A stretch of DNA of 64,000 nt from Candidatus Shapirobacteria bacterium (GTDB lineage Bacteria > Patescibacteriota > Microgenomatia > UBA12405), in contig JAGOQF010000002.1 in the NCBI GenBank assembly GCA_017991615.1, forward strand, positions 50,750 to 114,749, written 5' to 3'. The notes beneath the pieces were generated by a model. It was not told the origin of the DNA and ran no database searches. It saw only the letters and a program-made list of their open reading frames with translations. The translations under genes were made by a program, and so were the position numbers. This document shows, one piece after another, positions 9,737 to 19,133 of the stretch (its first letter is position 1; each line of letters begins with the position of its first letter).

Positions 9737-9808
9737 GGTTTCCGTAGTTCAATGGATAGAATTCTCCCCTCCGAAGGGAGTGATGTGAGTTCGATTCTCA
9801 CCGGAAAC
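9737..9808 (+). tRNA. tRNA-Arg (anticodon CCG)
   Basis: Acceptor GTTTCCG/CGGAAAC. The anticodon arm CTCCC-CTCCGAA-GGGAG closely matches the bacterial tRNA-Arg(CCG) arm. T-loop GGTTCGATTC. Confidence 0.75.
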
Positions 9809-9813
9809 ACAGA

Positions 9814-10386
9814 CTAAGGGGTTTGATAATCAGGATTTTTTAAGTTACTTTGAATTTTTTCCAAAAATTGAGTGTAGTCTTGAAAGACAATATCTTGAGG
9901 TGGGACAAAGTCGGCATCGGAGACAGTGGCGGGAGAACATTGACCCTGATAAACGGTATCCAAATTACCGTCAGTGATTTTTAGCTTGTTAAAATTGGAA
10001 TCCTGATTATTGGGTTGATTAAAATCCATTTTAAATTTAATACCGTCTTTGGTATCGGTGCCGACTTCCCAGGTATAAAAATATTGACCGTCGCTAAGAC
10101 TGTTGACTTGAACATCTTTGGTTTCAGCTTTGGTATTGATAACTTGTTTAAATTTAGGACCATGGATAATCACCTCGCCTTCAAAATTCTCGGGTCGGTT
10201 TTGACTGGAAAAAAGACATTTTTGAGGGGTGTTTTGGGCAATAAGATCGCGAAGAGAAAAATCTTTGGTAGATTGGGAGACAGGAGAACTATCAGTATCA
10301 GCGGGAGGAGAATTTTTGGGGCCAACGCAAGCGGATAAAAGCAAAGAACTGACGATAATTAGGCTAAAAGCAGTTAATTTTTTCAT
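9814..10386 (-). CDS. Putative secreted lipoprotein (hypothetical)
   Basis: 190 aa. Lipobox MKKLTAFSLIIVSSLLLSAC at the N-terminus. Confidence 0.45.
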   Translation of the reverse strand: MKKLTAFSLIIVSSLLLSACVGPKNSPPADTDSSPVSQSTKDFSLRDLIAQNTPQKCLFSSQNRPENFEGEVIIHGPKFKQVINTKAETKDVQVNSLSDGQYFYTWEVGTDTKDGIKFKMDFNQPNNQDSNFNKLKITDGNLDTVYQGQCSPATVSDADFVPPQDIVFQDYTQFLEKIQSNLKNPDYQTP

Positions 10387-10442
10387 AAAAAAGCGAATAA
10401 TATTTAATTAATATTAGCATTTCAGGATATAATCATTTACCA

Positions 10443-10949
10443 ATGAGAAATGAAGCTATAAAAATTAAAGACAATTTGTATTACGACGAGAGATCGGCGG
10501 GAGGAATTGTGTTTAAAGAGGAAAACGGGAAAATTTATTGGCTGATAATCAGGACGATTTCCGGATTTAAGCCTAAAAAGAAACGAGTAAAAAAGTCGGT
10601 TTATAAGTTTCCCAAAGGGCATTTAAAGAAAGGTGAGTTTTTGAAACAAGCGGCCCTAAGAGAAGTGGAAGAGGAAGGACAAATTAAGGCTAAAATTTTG
10701 TCAAAAGTTGGGTCAAACAATTATATTTTGTGGAATGGGGAGAAAAAGGAAAAAATAATCAAAAAAGTGACTTTCTTTTTGATGGAATATATCGGGCCAA
10801 GCAATTTAAAGTATTTTGATGATGAAATTGTGATTGAGCGGGGGTGGTTTAGTTTTGAAGAAGCGAGTGAAAAATTGGAATATGACAATGAAAAAGTGTT
10901 GTTGAGAAAGGCAAAAATGAAATTGGACAATTTAATGAGAAATAGATAA
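10443..10949 (+). CDS. NUDIX hydrolase
   Basis: 168 aa. Nudix box GHLKKGEFLKQAALREVEEEGQ (Gx5Ex7REVxEExG). Confidence 0.65.
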   Translation: MRNEAIKIKDNLYYDERSAGGIVFKEENGKIYWLIIRTISGFKPKKKRVKKSVYKFPKGHLKKGEFLKQAALREVEEEGQIKAKILSKVGSNNYILWNGEKKEKIIKKVTFFLMEYIGPSNLKYFDDEIVIERGWFSFEEASEKLEYDNEKVLLRKAKMKLDNLMRNR

Positions 10950-10991
10950 TTGTTTTTGTTAAAATAGGACACTTTTGCACTTTGTAAACAT

Positions 10992-11031
10992 GGAGGAGTC
11001 GCCCCCGCCAAAAGCTTAGCATTTAGGCGGG
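10992..11031 (+). repeat. 12-nt duplicate of the tRNA-Ser(GGA) 5' end followed by a GC-rich hairpin (cccgcc...ggcggg)
   Basis: ggaggagtcgcc at 10992-11003 is identical to the first 12 nt of the tRNA at 11062. Read directly from the sequence. Confidence 0.4.
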
Positions 11032-11061
11032 CAAGTAGTTGGGGTGATTTTTCAAACTTTT

Positions 11062-11148
11062 GGAGGAGTCGCCTAGTGGTTTATGGCGCACGCCTGGAAA
11101 GCGTGTGTTCGAAAGGACTCGTGGGTTCGAATCCCACCTCCTCCGCCA
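11062..11148 (+). tRNA. tRNA-Ser (anticodon GGA)
   Basis: Acceptor GGAGGAG/CTCCTCC, anticodon stem CACGC/GCGTG with loop CTGGAAA, long variable arm, T-loop GGTTCGAATCC, 3' GCCA. Confidence 0.8.
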
Positions 11149-11191
11149 AGAAAGTCTCTATAAAACTTTGGTGATTTAGTAAAATAGAGTT

Positions 11192-11809
11192 ATGAAGGGA
11201 ATTATTTATATAATGACGACGGCTGTTTCTGGTCTAATAAAAATAGGTCAAACTGGCAGTGCTAATTTTCAAGAACGGATGCGATTTCTTGAGGCAAATG
11301 GTTATTATAACGTTTCTGGCCTTAAAAGATTTTTTGCGATTGAACTTAAAGATTATGTCGACAAAGAAAATCTTTTAAAGGAAATTTTTAATAAACATCG
11401 TGTTGGAGATAGTGAACTATTTGCCCTCGATTATGATTTAGTGCAACAACTTTTGCTGTCGTTTGACGGTAAAGTGATTTATCCTAAAAATGTAAACAAG
11501 GAAAAGGAATTTGATAAAGTTTCAAAAGCTAGAGAGCAAGGGGCAAAATTTAGTTTTTATAAAAAAGGAATCAAGGATGGAGAAAAAATTATTTTTGTAG
11601 CTGATAAAGAAATTATTACAAAAGTGACTGGTGAACGTGAGGTGGAGTATGATAAACAGATTTGGAAACTTTCGCCGTTGACCTATAAAATATATGAACA
11701 AAAAGGGAAGTTAAATGATAGTGGAACATATCGAGGAGCGGCTCATTGGCAATATAAAGGAAAGAAATTAATAGATTTGCCTGATATTAATTATAATCAT
11801 GACAAATAA
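11192..11809 (+). CDS. T5orf172 / GIY-YIG-like domain protein (R-M / defence-island associated)
   Basis: 205 aa. N-terminal GIIYIMTTAVSGLIKIGQT...RMRFLEANGY matches the T5orf172 (GIY-YIG-like) pattern. First gene of a tightly packed operon with two methyltransferases. Confidence 0.45.
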   Translation: MKGIIYIMTTAVSGLIKIGQTGSANFQERMRFLEANGYYNVSGLKRFFAIELKDYVDKENLLKEIFNKHRVGDSELFALDYDLVQQLLLSFDGKVIYPKNVNKEKEFDKVSKAREQGAKFSFYKKGIKDGEKIIFVADKEIITKVTGEREVEYDKQIWKLSPLTYKIYEQKGKLNDSGTYRGAAHWQYKGKKLIDLPDINYNHDK

Positions 11810-11829
11810 TATTAAGCTGAGTTTATGAA

Positions 11830-12618
11830 TTGATTATGCCAGTTTTTAATGATTTAAATTTAGACAAGTGGAAAGAATCGGAAATTTTGACTGATAGTCT
11901 TTGGATAATTCCAGAAAGAGATAAAACAGGAAAGCATAATGGTTTTTATCACGGAAATTTTATTCCACAAATTCCTCATCAAGTAATTTTAAGATATACA
12001 AAGAAAAATGATATTGTACTTGATCCGTTTTTAGGAAGTGGAACAACTGCTTACGAAGCAGAAAGATTAAATAGAAATTTTATTGGAATTGATATCCAGA
12101 AAAAGCTTATTGATTATGTTAGTAAAAATATTGAACCAAAAGATAATTTTTCGGAATTAATTACTGGCGATAGTACAAAAAATGAAACTTTTGAAGGAAT
12201 AAAAAGGATTTTAAAAAATTATAAAAAGAAAAATGTTCAACTAGCAATTCTACATCCGCCTTATGCTGATATCATAAAATTTAGTGATTTGAAAGATGAT
12301 TTATCAAATGCAAAATCCCTAAAAGATTTTTTGAATAAATTTGCAGAGGTTTTAAAAAATACAATAGATATTTTGGAAAATGGCAGATATTTAGTGATTG
12401 TTATTGGTGACAAATATTCTGCTGGGCAATGGATTCCTTTGGGGTTTTATTGTATGAATGAAGCTCAAAAATTAAGACTAACTTTAAAAAGCATTATAAT
12501 AAAGAATGTGACTGGTAATCGTGGTAAACAAAATAAGGAAGCAATTTGGCGATATAGAGCACTTACGAGTGATTATTACATTTTTAAGCACGAGTATATT
12601 TTAATTTTTAAAAAATAA
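11830..12618 (+). CDS. DNA methyltransferase (N6-adenine/N4-cytosine class)
   Basis: 262 aa. DPFLGSGTTAYEAERLNRNFIGIDI is the classic SAM-binding motif I of N6_N4 MTases. A downstream HPPY motif fits the IV-type catalytic tetrapeptide. Confidence 0.65.
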   Translation: MIMPVFNDLNLDKWKESEILTDSLWIIPERDKTGKHNGFYHGNFIPQIPHQVILRYTKKNDIVLDPFLGSGTTAYEAERLNRNFIGIDIQKKLIDYVSKNIEPKDNFSELITGDSTKNETFEGIKRILKNYKKKNVQLAILHPPYADIIKFSDLKDDLSNAKSLKDFLNKFAEVLKNTIDILENGRYLVIVIGDKYSAGQWIPLGFYCMNEAQKLRLTLKSIIIKNVTGNRGKQNKEAIWRYRALTSDYYIFKHEYILIFKK

Positions 12619-12620
12619 TT

Positions 12621-13520
12621 ATGGAATACATTAAATCAAAATTATCTGATGATTTAGCTAAAAAAATTATCGGAAATCAAGATAATGCGATTAAATATTT
12701 ATTGTGCTTGAATGATATAAAGCCAATCAAAAGTTTGAAATTCAAAACTATCACTCGCGGGCAAAATGCTGGTAAAAAAGTTTTGAATATGAAAACGAGT
12801 GAACTTTGGAAAGCTATTGTCGACAGTTGGGATTATGAAGAAAGTAAAAAAATTATCAGAGATATTTTTAAGCAAACTGAAAAATATAAAAGTGGAAAAG
12901 AAGCTGACAAAGCAATGGATATTCTTATCAAAGAATGGCAGTCTTTAAAATTAGGCAATATAGCATGGCCTTTTTCACAGGGTGCTTTTGATGAGTTTGT
13001 ACAAAGAATAAACTCTGAAAAAGAAAATGGTTTTATAAGAGATGAAAAAGTAAAAGTTGCAGCGGTGAAGTACAGAAGGATAAAAGAAATTAACACTGTT
13101 AGAAACGATTTTATAGAAACTTTAATTTTTGAAAAAAATAATAATATTTTACCAACACTTAATCATAGACGCGGTGTTGATTTTTTTATAAATGGAATTT
13201 CTTTTGATCAAAAGGTTGCTAAAAGTCCGACAGGCGAATTCAAAAGGCATTTTAAAGATAATTGGCGAGAAACTGCAATCAAAAAACCGGAGCTGGTTGC
13301 AAAATATCTTTATAAATACCAAGATGAGGGTAGATTTGGAGCCGATCCAAGATTATTGGTTGTTTACATTGATGAGGATGTTTCAATAGATAAAATCAGG
13401 AAGATTATAAACAAGACTGATTTAAACAATCCGATTGAAATAAATTTTACTTATAAACACAAGATTCAAGGCGAGAAAAATTATAAAGTGCCTTGTTTTG
13501 TAATTTTATTGCACAACTAA
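12621..13520 (+). CDS. Hypothetical protein in R-M operon (candidate restriction endonuclease)
   Basis: 299 aa with no recognisable family. Gene-overlapping/abutting context between two MTases. A possible D...(D/E)xK-like segment (GVDFF...FDQKV) is speculative. Confidence 0.3.
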   Translation: MEYIKSKLSDDLAKKIIGNQDNAIKYLLCLNDIKPIKSLKFKTITRGQNAGKKVLNMKTSELWKAIVDSWDYEESKKIIRDIFKQTEKYKSGKEADKAMDILIKEWQSLKLGNIAWPFSQGAFDEFVQRINSEKENGFIRDEKVKVAAVKYRRIKEINTVRNDFIETLIFEKNNNILPTLNHRRGVDFFINGISFDQKVAKSPTGEFKRHFKDNWRETAIKKPELVAKYLYKYQDEGRFGADPRLLVVYIDEDVSIDKIRKIINKTDLNNPIEINFTYKHKIQGEKNYKVPCFVILLHN

Positions 13521-13524
13521 AATC

Positions 13525-14598
13525 ATGAATTATATTGGTAGCAAATTATCACTATTAGAATTTCTGGAAGAGTCAATTAATAAAGTGATTGATAAAAACT
13601 GTCATACTTTTTGCGATTTATTTGCAGGGACTGGAATTGTTGGAAGTTATTTTAAAAAAAAAGGTTATAGAGTAATTGCTAATGATATTCAATATTACAG
13701 TTATGTTTTAAACAGACATTATATTGGAAATCATAAGGAATTAAAGTTTAAAAAACTAATAAAGGAAATTCCTGATTTAAAAAATATTGATATAAAAAAC
13801 AGAAAAGGTTTTGTTTGTAACTATTTATCAAATTTAAAAGGAATAAAAGGATTTATTTACAAAAATTATTGTTTTGGTGGGACTAGAAATAAAAAAGAAT
13901 CAAGACAATATTTTTCAGATAAAAACGGGATGCGCTGTGATGCTGTCCGTCAGAAAATTGAAAAGTGGAAAAAGCAAGATTTAATTTCTGATGATGAATA
14001 TTATTTTTTGATTGCTAGCTTAATCGAATCAATTGATAAATATGCAAATACAGCTTCTGTATACGGGGCTTTTTTGAAAAAAATAAAAAAGATGGCTCAA
14101 AATAATTTTGTCTTAAAACCTGTTACTTTAATAATAAATAACCAGAATCATAAGGTTTTTAACGAAGATATAAACAAAATAATAGAAAAGGTTAGTGGTG
14201 ATATTTTATATTTAGACCCACCATATAATCAAAGACAGTACGCAACTAATTATCATATACTTGAAACTATCGCAAGGTATGATAATCCTAAAATTCACGG
14301 AAAAACTGGCTTACGAGAATATCAAAACCAAAAGTCGCTTTATTGTTCAAAAACACAAGTAAAAAATGTATTTAAAGATTTAATTTTAAAAGCAAAAGCA
14401 AGATATATTTTTTTAAGCTATAACAATGAAGGTTTGATGACATTAGATGATATTAAGGAGATAATGAGTCTACGAGGTAAATATGGATATTTTATGAAAA
14501 AACACAATCGTTTTAGGGCAGACAAATCAAAAAATAGAAATTATACGGCCAATAAAACAACCGAATATTTACATTATGTAATTTGTGATAAGTGTTAA
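13525..14598 (+). CDS. Dam-family (alpha-class, D12) N6-adenine DNA methyltransferase
   Basis: 357 aa. N-terminal YIGSK (motif X), DLFAGTGIVG (motif I, FxGxG), and DPPYN (motif IV), in alpha-class order. Confidence 0.7.
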   Translation: MNYIGSKLSLLEFLEESINKVIDKNCHTFCDLFAGTGIVGSYFKKKGYRVIANDIQYYSYVLNRHYIGNHKELKFKKLIKEIPDLKNIDIKNRKGFVCNYLSNLKGIKGFIYKNYCFGGTRNKKESRQYFSDKNGMRCDAVRQKIEKWKKQDLISDDEYYFLIASLIESIDKYANTASVYGAFLKKIKKMAQNNFVLKPVTLIINNQNHKVFNEDINKIIEKVSGDILYLDPPYNQRQYATNYHILETIARYDNPKIHGKTGLREYQNQKSLYCSKTQVKNVFKDLILKAKARYIFLSYNNEGLMTLDDIKEIMSLRGKYGYFMKKHNRFRADKSKNRNYTANKTTEYLHYVICDKC

Positions 14599-14607
14599 GA
14601 TTGCTTA

Positions 14608-15189
14608 ATGTGGGGAAAAATAGTTGATTTTGCTTATATCGTTTACGGTAAAATCCGTCGCTATTTTCATTTGGGGAATTTTAGAAAAAAGCATATTTTT
14701 TTTAGATTTGCAGACGATAAACTTCAAATAGCTAGTGTTGATCATCATGATTTTGTTTCGGGAGTTCAAAAGAAAATAAATAAATTAGCCAACGGTTCTG
14801 ACCGGGAAAAATTTATCAAAATGGCATTGATTCGGGCTTTGGACGGCTGCAATTTTATAATATTTTCAGTGGTGGGAGAGAGTAATAAATTTATTCAATT
14901 TTGGACTGGGGAACATGAACTTAAATATAATTTTTTTGCTAATGATGCCAACAGACTTAAAAATTGTTTTTTGTCGGTAATTGGGTTATTAAGCGAAATG
15001 GGGTTTGTTAATGATTCGGTGGCGGAGTATAAAGGTCGAATGACTTTTAAGATTGATAAAGGTAGAGACTATATTTCGGTTGATGCCAATTTTAGAAAAG
15101 ATTTGAATTTGGCTACTGATTTTGTCTATATTGTCTTTAAACAGATTTATAAAACCAAGGGTAATAAATTAGTGGCAAAGGTGGGATAG
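14608..15189 (+). CDS. Hypothetical protein in R-M operon (candidate endonuclease/accessory)
   Basis: 193 aa with no recognisable motif. Last gene of the AT-rich island. Confidence 0.3.
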   Translation: MWGKIVDFAYIVYGKIRRYFHLGNFRKKHIFFRFADDKLQIASVDHHDFVSGVQKKINKLANGSDREKFIKMALIRALDGCNFIIFSVVGESNKFIQFWTGEHELKYNFFANDANRLKNCFLSVIGLLSEMGFVNDSVAEYKGRMTFKIDKGRDYISVDANFRKDLNLATDFVYIVFKQIYKTKGNKLVAKVG

Positions 15190-15238
15190 TAGTCTCTGCT
15201 GGTATCGTAACGATTAGTTTTGATTGTTATAATCGACT

Positions 15239-15622
15239 ATGAAAAATAAACATATAGTGGTGGCGGGGGTGGTGGTTGAAAAAGACAGCAAATATCTTTT
15301 AGTTCAAGAAAAGAAAGAGTTAGTTTATGGACTGTGGAATTTACCTGCCGGAAAGGTGGATGAAGGAGAAACAGTGGAAGAAGCAGCGGTAAGAGAAGCC
15401 AAGGAAGAAGTTGGTTACAAAGTGAGATTAATTAAAAAAATCTATGTAGATCAAAAACCTATACATGTGTTTTCGGCAGAAATTGTTGGTGGAAAATTTG
15501 AATTTCCCAAAGATGAAATTTTGGATGCTAAGTGGTTTACTTTTGAAGAAATTAGGAAGATGAAAGATAAATTGCGAGGAAATTGGATTATCGAGTCAAT
15601 AAATGCTTTTAAGAAAGGTTGA
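15239..15622 (+). CDS. NUDIX hydrolase
   Basis: 127 aa. Nudix box GKVDEGETVEEAAVREAKEEVG. Confidence 0.7.
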   Translation: MKNKHIVVAGVVVEKDSKYLLVQEKKELVYGLWNLPAGKVDEGETVEEAAVREAKEEVGYKVRLIKKIYVDQKPIHVFSAEIVGGKFEFPKDEILDAKWFTFEEIRKMKDKLRGNWIIESINAFKKG

Positions 15623-15712
15623 TGAGTTTGGAGTTGATTTCGGCGGCAGAGTAAGTGTTGTTTAAGATAACAAAAAATGTTTTAAAGTAGTTTTAATGAT
15701 ATAAATGACTTT

Positions 15713-16438
15713 ATGGGCAAAAAGAAGTGGCTTAAGTTTGATTTGCATATGCACAGCAATCATAGCGACGGGGTGAGTAGTGTCAAAAAAATGATTTTGA
15801 CGGCCAAAAAGAAGGGGTTGGATGTGATTGCAATTACAGACCATAATCAGTCAGTAGAAATTGAGACGGAGAAGATATATGAAAAGTATGGTATTTATGT
15901 GATTCCCGGCTGTGAATTGTCGTTTTTTCGAGGACATTTTTTGGTGTTGGGATTGGAACCGAAAATTGTCAATAAAAAGATTAAAGAAGCAAAAATAAAA
16001 AAGACAACATCAACAACAATGAGTGGCAGAAAAAAGATAGAAGATCTGTTAAGGTTTTTTGTTGAAAAAGGAGCGTTGGTGATTGTGGCTCATCCGGAAA
16101 TACCGACCGGAATTATATCAACTCGGAAAAGTTTTTTGGTCAAATTGTACGAAAAAGGTCTGATTCACGGGGCCGAAACTCACAATGGTGATCTGGAAAG
16201 AAAATTTGGCAGAAAAGTTTATTGGATATGGCATAAAATAGCCAAAAAAACGATGATAAAGTTAAATATACCACCGTATGCTGACAGTGATGCTCATATT
16301 GCCAGTCGGGTGGGATATCGGTTTAATATGGTGAAAATGACTGATCCAAGAAAATTATTGGAAACTTTAAAAATAGGTAAAATTGAAATCAAGCACGGAA
16401 CGGGAGGAAGTTTAAAACCGGTTAAGGAAAAGGTTTAA
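15713..16438 (+). CDS. PHP-domain metal-dependent phosphoesterase
   Basis: 241 aa. N-terminal DLHMHSNHSDG and IAITDHN are PHP-domain His/Asp metal-ligand motifs. Confidence 0.6.
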   Translation: MGKKKWLKFDLHMHSNHSDGVSSVKKMILTAKKKGLDVIAITDHNQSVEIETEKIYEKYGIYVIPGCELSFFRGHFLVLGLEPKIVNKKIKEAKIKKTTSTTMSGRKKIEDLLRFFVEKGALVIVAHPEIPTGIISTRKSFLVKLYEKGLIHGAETHNGDLERKFGRKVYWIWHKIAKKTMIKLNIPPYADSDAHIASRVGYRFNMVKMTDPRKLLETLKIGKIEIKHGTGGSLKPVKEKV

Positions 16439-16461
16439 TTTTTGCCCCAGAGATAGTAAAA

Positions 16462-16962
16462 TTGTTTAAGATGAAAAAACTAATCAAGAAAGCAGAAAAA
16501 TTAGAAGCAAACGAGCTGACGAAAATGTTGGCTGATTTAGAGAAAATATTAAATGAAACTTTTGGGAAAAAGGCACCAAAAATGCCACAATCGATGGTTG
16601 ATTTTTTGGTTAAGTACGGACCTTATTTGGTGATATTTGGAGTAGTGTTGACGACAATTGGGATTTTTCAGACAATTGGCTTAGTTAACGGATTGGCGCC
16701 GATAGGAAGATGGGGTATCTACAATTATGGCTTTGGACCGGGATTTTGGATAATGGAAATATTGTTATTAATCCCATTGGCAATAGAGGCAATGGCGATA
16801 TCACCACTGATGAAAAAAGAAATAAAAGGTTGGAGATTATTGTTTTATGCCTCACTAATAAGCACGGTTATAGGGATTTTTAGGCTAAAATTAGGGATAA
16901 CTTTGGTGGAGGCGGTGATCAGTTGGTATATTCTGTTTCAGGTCAGAAAAGAATATAAATAG
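16462..16962 (+). CDS. Hypothetical membrane protein
   Basis: 166 aa. Several hydrophobic helices. Confidence 0.4.
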   Translation: MFKMKKLIKKAEKLEANELTKMLADLEKILNETFGKKAPKMPQSMVDFLVKYGPYLVIFGVVLTTIGIFQTIGLVNGLAPIGRWGIYNYGFGPGFWIMEILLLIPLAIEAMAISPLMKKEIKGWRLLFYASLISTVIGIFRLKLGITLVEAVISWYILFQVRKEYK

Positions 16963-17432
16963 TGACAGTGGAGAGACGATATAGCCAGAAAACTTCGGAG
17001 TTAGTGGAAATAGGATTAAGTTCGACTCGATTTTTGACCAAAGAGGGAGGAAAAATAGTTTCGCAAGCATTGGTAGTGGAGTACAAAAATCAAGTGTCGG
17101 TGCCGTTTGGATATGTGGTTTACATCAATACTCAATTGAATCAAAGGGGGTTAGGATTAGGACGAGAAATTCTTGGAAGAATAAATAAATTTTTGGAGGT
17201 AAACAAATTGACAGGAGTGTTGGAAAATAAAATTGGTGAAGGTATTCCAGGCAATGATTGGTATCAAAAACACGGCTGGAGAGAATCTATAAAATATTTA
17301 GGATGGATGACATACGGCGATATGGCAGAAGAGTCACAAAAAGATGAAATGATTGAATATTTGATTAATCAACAGATTGAAACAACTTATGATTTTGAGA
17401 TAGAAGGAATTGATATTGACAGACAATCGTAG
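16962..17432 (+). CDS. Hypothetical protein, possibly GNAT-like acetyltransferase
   Basis: 156 aa. QRGLGLGREIL resembles GNAT motif A (R/Q-x-x-G-x-G/A). Weak. Confidence 0.3.
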   Translation: MTVERRYSQKTSELVEIGLSSTRFLTKEGGKIVSQALVVEYKNQVSVPFGYVVYINTQLNQRGLGLGREILGRINKFLEVNKLTGVLENKIGEGIPGNDWYQKHGWRESIKYLGWMTYGDMAEESQKDEMIEYLINQQIETTYDFEIEGIDIDRQS

Positions 17433-17465
17433 AAAAAGAGTGAGTTTGAGCTTATAATCTAGATT

Positions 17466-18581
17466 ATGGAAGTTAAAGAAAAATTAAATTTAATCACCCG
17501 AAACTGCGAAGAGGTTTTGACTGAGATAGATTTAGAAAAATTGATTAAAAGTGGAACGGAATTGAGACATTATATCGGTTTTGAGATATCGGGATTGGTT
17601 CATTTGGGAACTGGGTTGATGTCGATGGGTAAAATTGCTGATTTTTTGAAGGCGGGAGTGAAGTGTAAAATATTGTTGGCTGACTTTCATTCGTATTTAA
17701 ACAACAAATTGGGAGGAAATTGGGATAATATCCGAGTAGCCACCGAAGGTTACTTTAAAAGCGGTTTGGTGGCATCATTGAAGTGTTTTGGAGTCGAGTT
17801 GGGAGAAGTGGAATTTATTACCGGTCAAAATCTATACAAGAATAATCTGACTCATTGGGAAACATTTATGGAAGTTGGGAAACATGTGACTTTGTCACGA
17901 AATTTAAGATCGATTTCAATTATGGGCAAAAGTCAGGGAAAAGAGGTGGATATGGCAACGTTGTTTTATCCCCCACTGCAAGTGGCGGATATTTTTACCT
18001 TAGGAGCAAACTTGGCTCATGCAGGCATGGATCAACGCAAGGCTCACGTGATTGCCAAGGATGTGGCCAAAAAACTAACAATTAATCCTCTAAAAAATTC
18101 CCAAGGAGAGGTAATTTCACCAATTGCGATTCACCATAAATTGATTGCTGGATTGACCGGGCCGGAAAAAGATGAAAATGATAATGAATCCTTAAAGATG
18201 AGTAAGTCAAAACCAAACAGCGCTATTTTTATTCATGACACTCCTGACGAAATCAGAAACAAAATCAGAAAAGCCTACGGACCACCGAAAGAGATTGAAT
18301 TTAATCCGTTGATAAATTGGGTGGAAACATTGGTGTTTTGGGGTGAAAAAACCGGTGAGTTTAAAATCAGTCGACCGGAAAGATATGGTGGAGATGTTGT
18401 TTACACTGAAATAGACAAATTGATAGCTGACTACAAGTCGGAAAAACTGTATCCGATGGATTTGAAAAACGGATTGGCGGAGTGGTTGATTGAAAAGTTG
18501 GCGCCGGCAAGAAAATATTTTGAAAAACCGGAGGCAAAAGAAAACTTGGAGAAAATGAGAGAATTTTTGGCAAAAAAATGA
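17466..18581 (+). CDS. tyrS: Tyrosyl-tRNA synthetase, archaeal/eukaryotic type
   Basis: 371 aa class I aaRS. HLGT (HIGH-like) within YIGFEISGLVHLGTG and an exact KMSKS motif. The short archaeal-type architecture is common in Patescibacteria. Confidence 0.65.
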   Translation: MEVKEKLNLITRNCEEVLTEIDLEKLIKSGTELRHYIGFEISGLVHLGTGLMSMGKIADFLKAGVKCKILLADFHSYLNNKLGGNWDNIRVATEGYFKSGLVASLKCFGVELGEVEFITGQNLYKNNLTHWETFMEVGKHVTLSRNLRSISIMGKSQGKEVDMATLFYPPLQVADIFTLGANLAHAGMDQRKAHVIAKDVAKKLTINPLKNSQGEVISPIAIHHKLIAGLTGPEKDENDNESLKMSKSKPNSAIFIHDTPDEIRNKIRKAYGPPKEIEFNPLINWVETLVFWGEKTGEFKISRPERYGGDVVYTEIDKLIADYKSEKLYPMDLKNGLAEWLIEKLAPARKYFEKPEAKENLEKMREFLAKK

Positions 18582-19105
18582 GACTTTTAGTGCATAGTTG
18601 TTGTGCCGATTGTTTAGTGAAGCTGACGAAGGTTTTAGAGGGAGAAAAATTGGAAATAACGGCTTATTTTTATAATCCCAATATCCATCCGAGAGCGGAA
18701 TACTTATCGAGATTAAAAGCGATTCAACAAATTGCTGATGAAAATAAAGTTAAATTGACGGTGGCAGACTGGAGTCCGAAAGAATGGTTTGAAGTCAATA
18801 AAAATAATTTCAAAAAGCCAGAAAGGTGTTGGAGATGTTGGCAATTGAGGCTTAAAAAAAGTTTTGAATATGCTAAAAAATATGGGTTTGAAGCGGTGAC
18901 GACTACCCTACTAACAAGTCATTATCAGGATAGAGATAAAATCGAAGAGATTGGAAAAAACTTGGAGAAAAAATATAAAATAAAGTTTTTAGCGCCAAAA
19001 AATATAGTTACCAATATAAAAACCAAAGGGTTTTATAAACAAAACTATTGTGGTTGTTGTTTTTCACTGACAGAGGCATGGAAAATTAAATTTAGTAAGA
19101 TATGA
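18578..19105 (+). CDS. queH: Epoxyqueuosine reductase QueH-like (DUF208)
   Basis: 175 aa. N-terminal LLVHSCCADC and conserved Cys (CWRCW, CGCC) typical of the DUF208/QueH family. Confidence 0.5.
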   Translation: MRLLVHSCCADCLVKLTKVLEGEKLEITAYFYNPNIHPRAEYLSRLKAIQQIADENKVKLTVADWSPKEWFEVNKNNFKKPERCWRCWQLRLKKSFEYAKKYGFEAVTTTLLTSHYQDRDKIEEIGKNLEKKYKIKFLAPKNIVTNIKTKGFYKQNYCGCCFSLTEAWKIKFSKI

Positions 19106-19133
19106 GCCATTATAAAACTGCTAAAATAGACTT

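Noticed and set aside
11830-12618. Assigning the first methyltransferase specifically to the beta-class (N4C/N6A, motif IV before motif I)
   Set aside because: The DPFLGSGTT motif I occurs at residue about 64 and the only PPY-like motif (HPPY) follows it. This is not beta-class order. The class is left open and the call is a generic N6/N4 MTase.
11062-15189. Prophage or integrative element at tRNA-Ser(GGA)
   Set aside because: No integrase, recombinase, phage structural or replication genes are present. There is no direct repeat of the tRNA 3' end at the distal boundary. Only a 12-nt copy of the tRNA 5' end lies upstream. It is better described as an R-M island.
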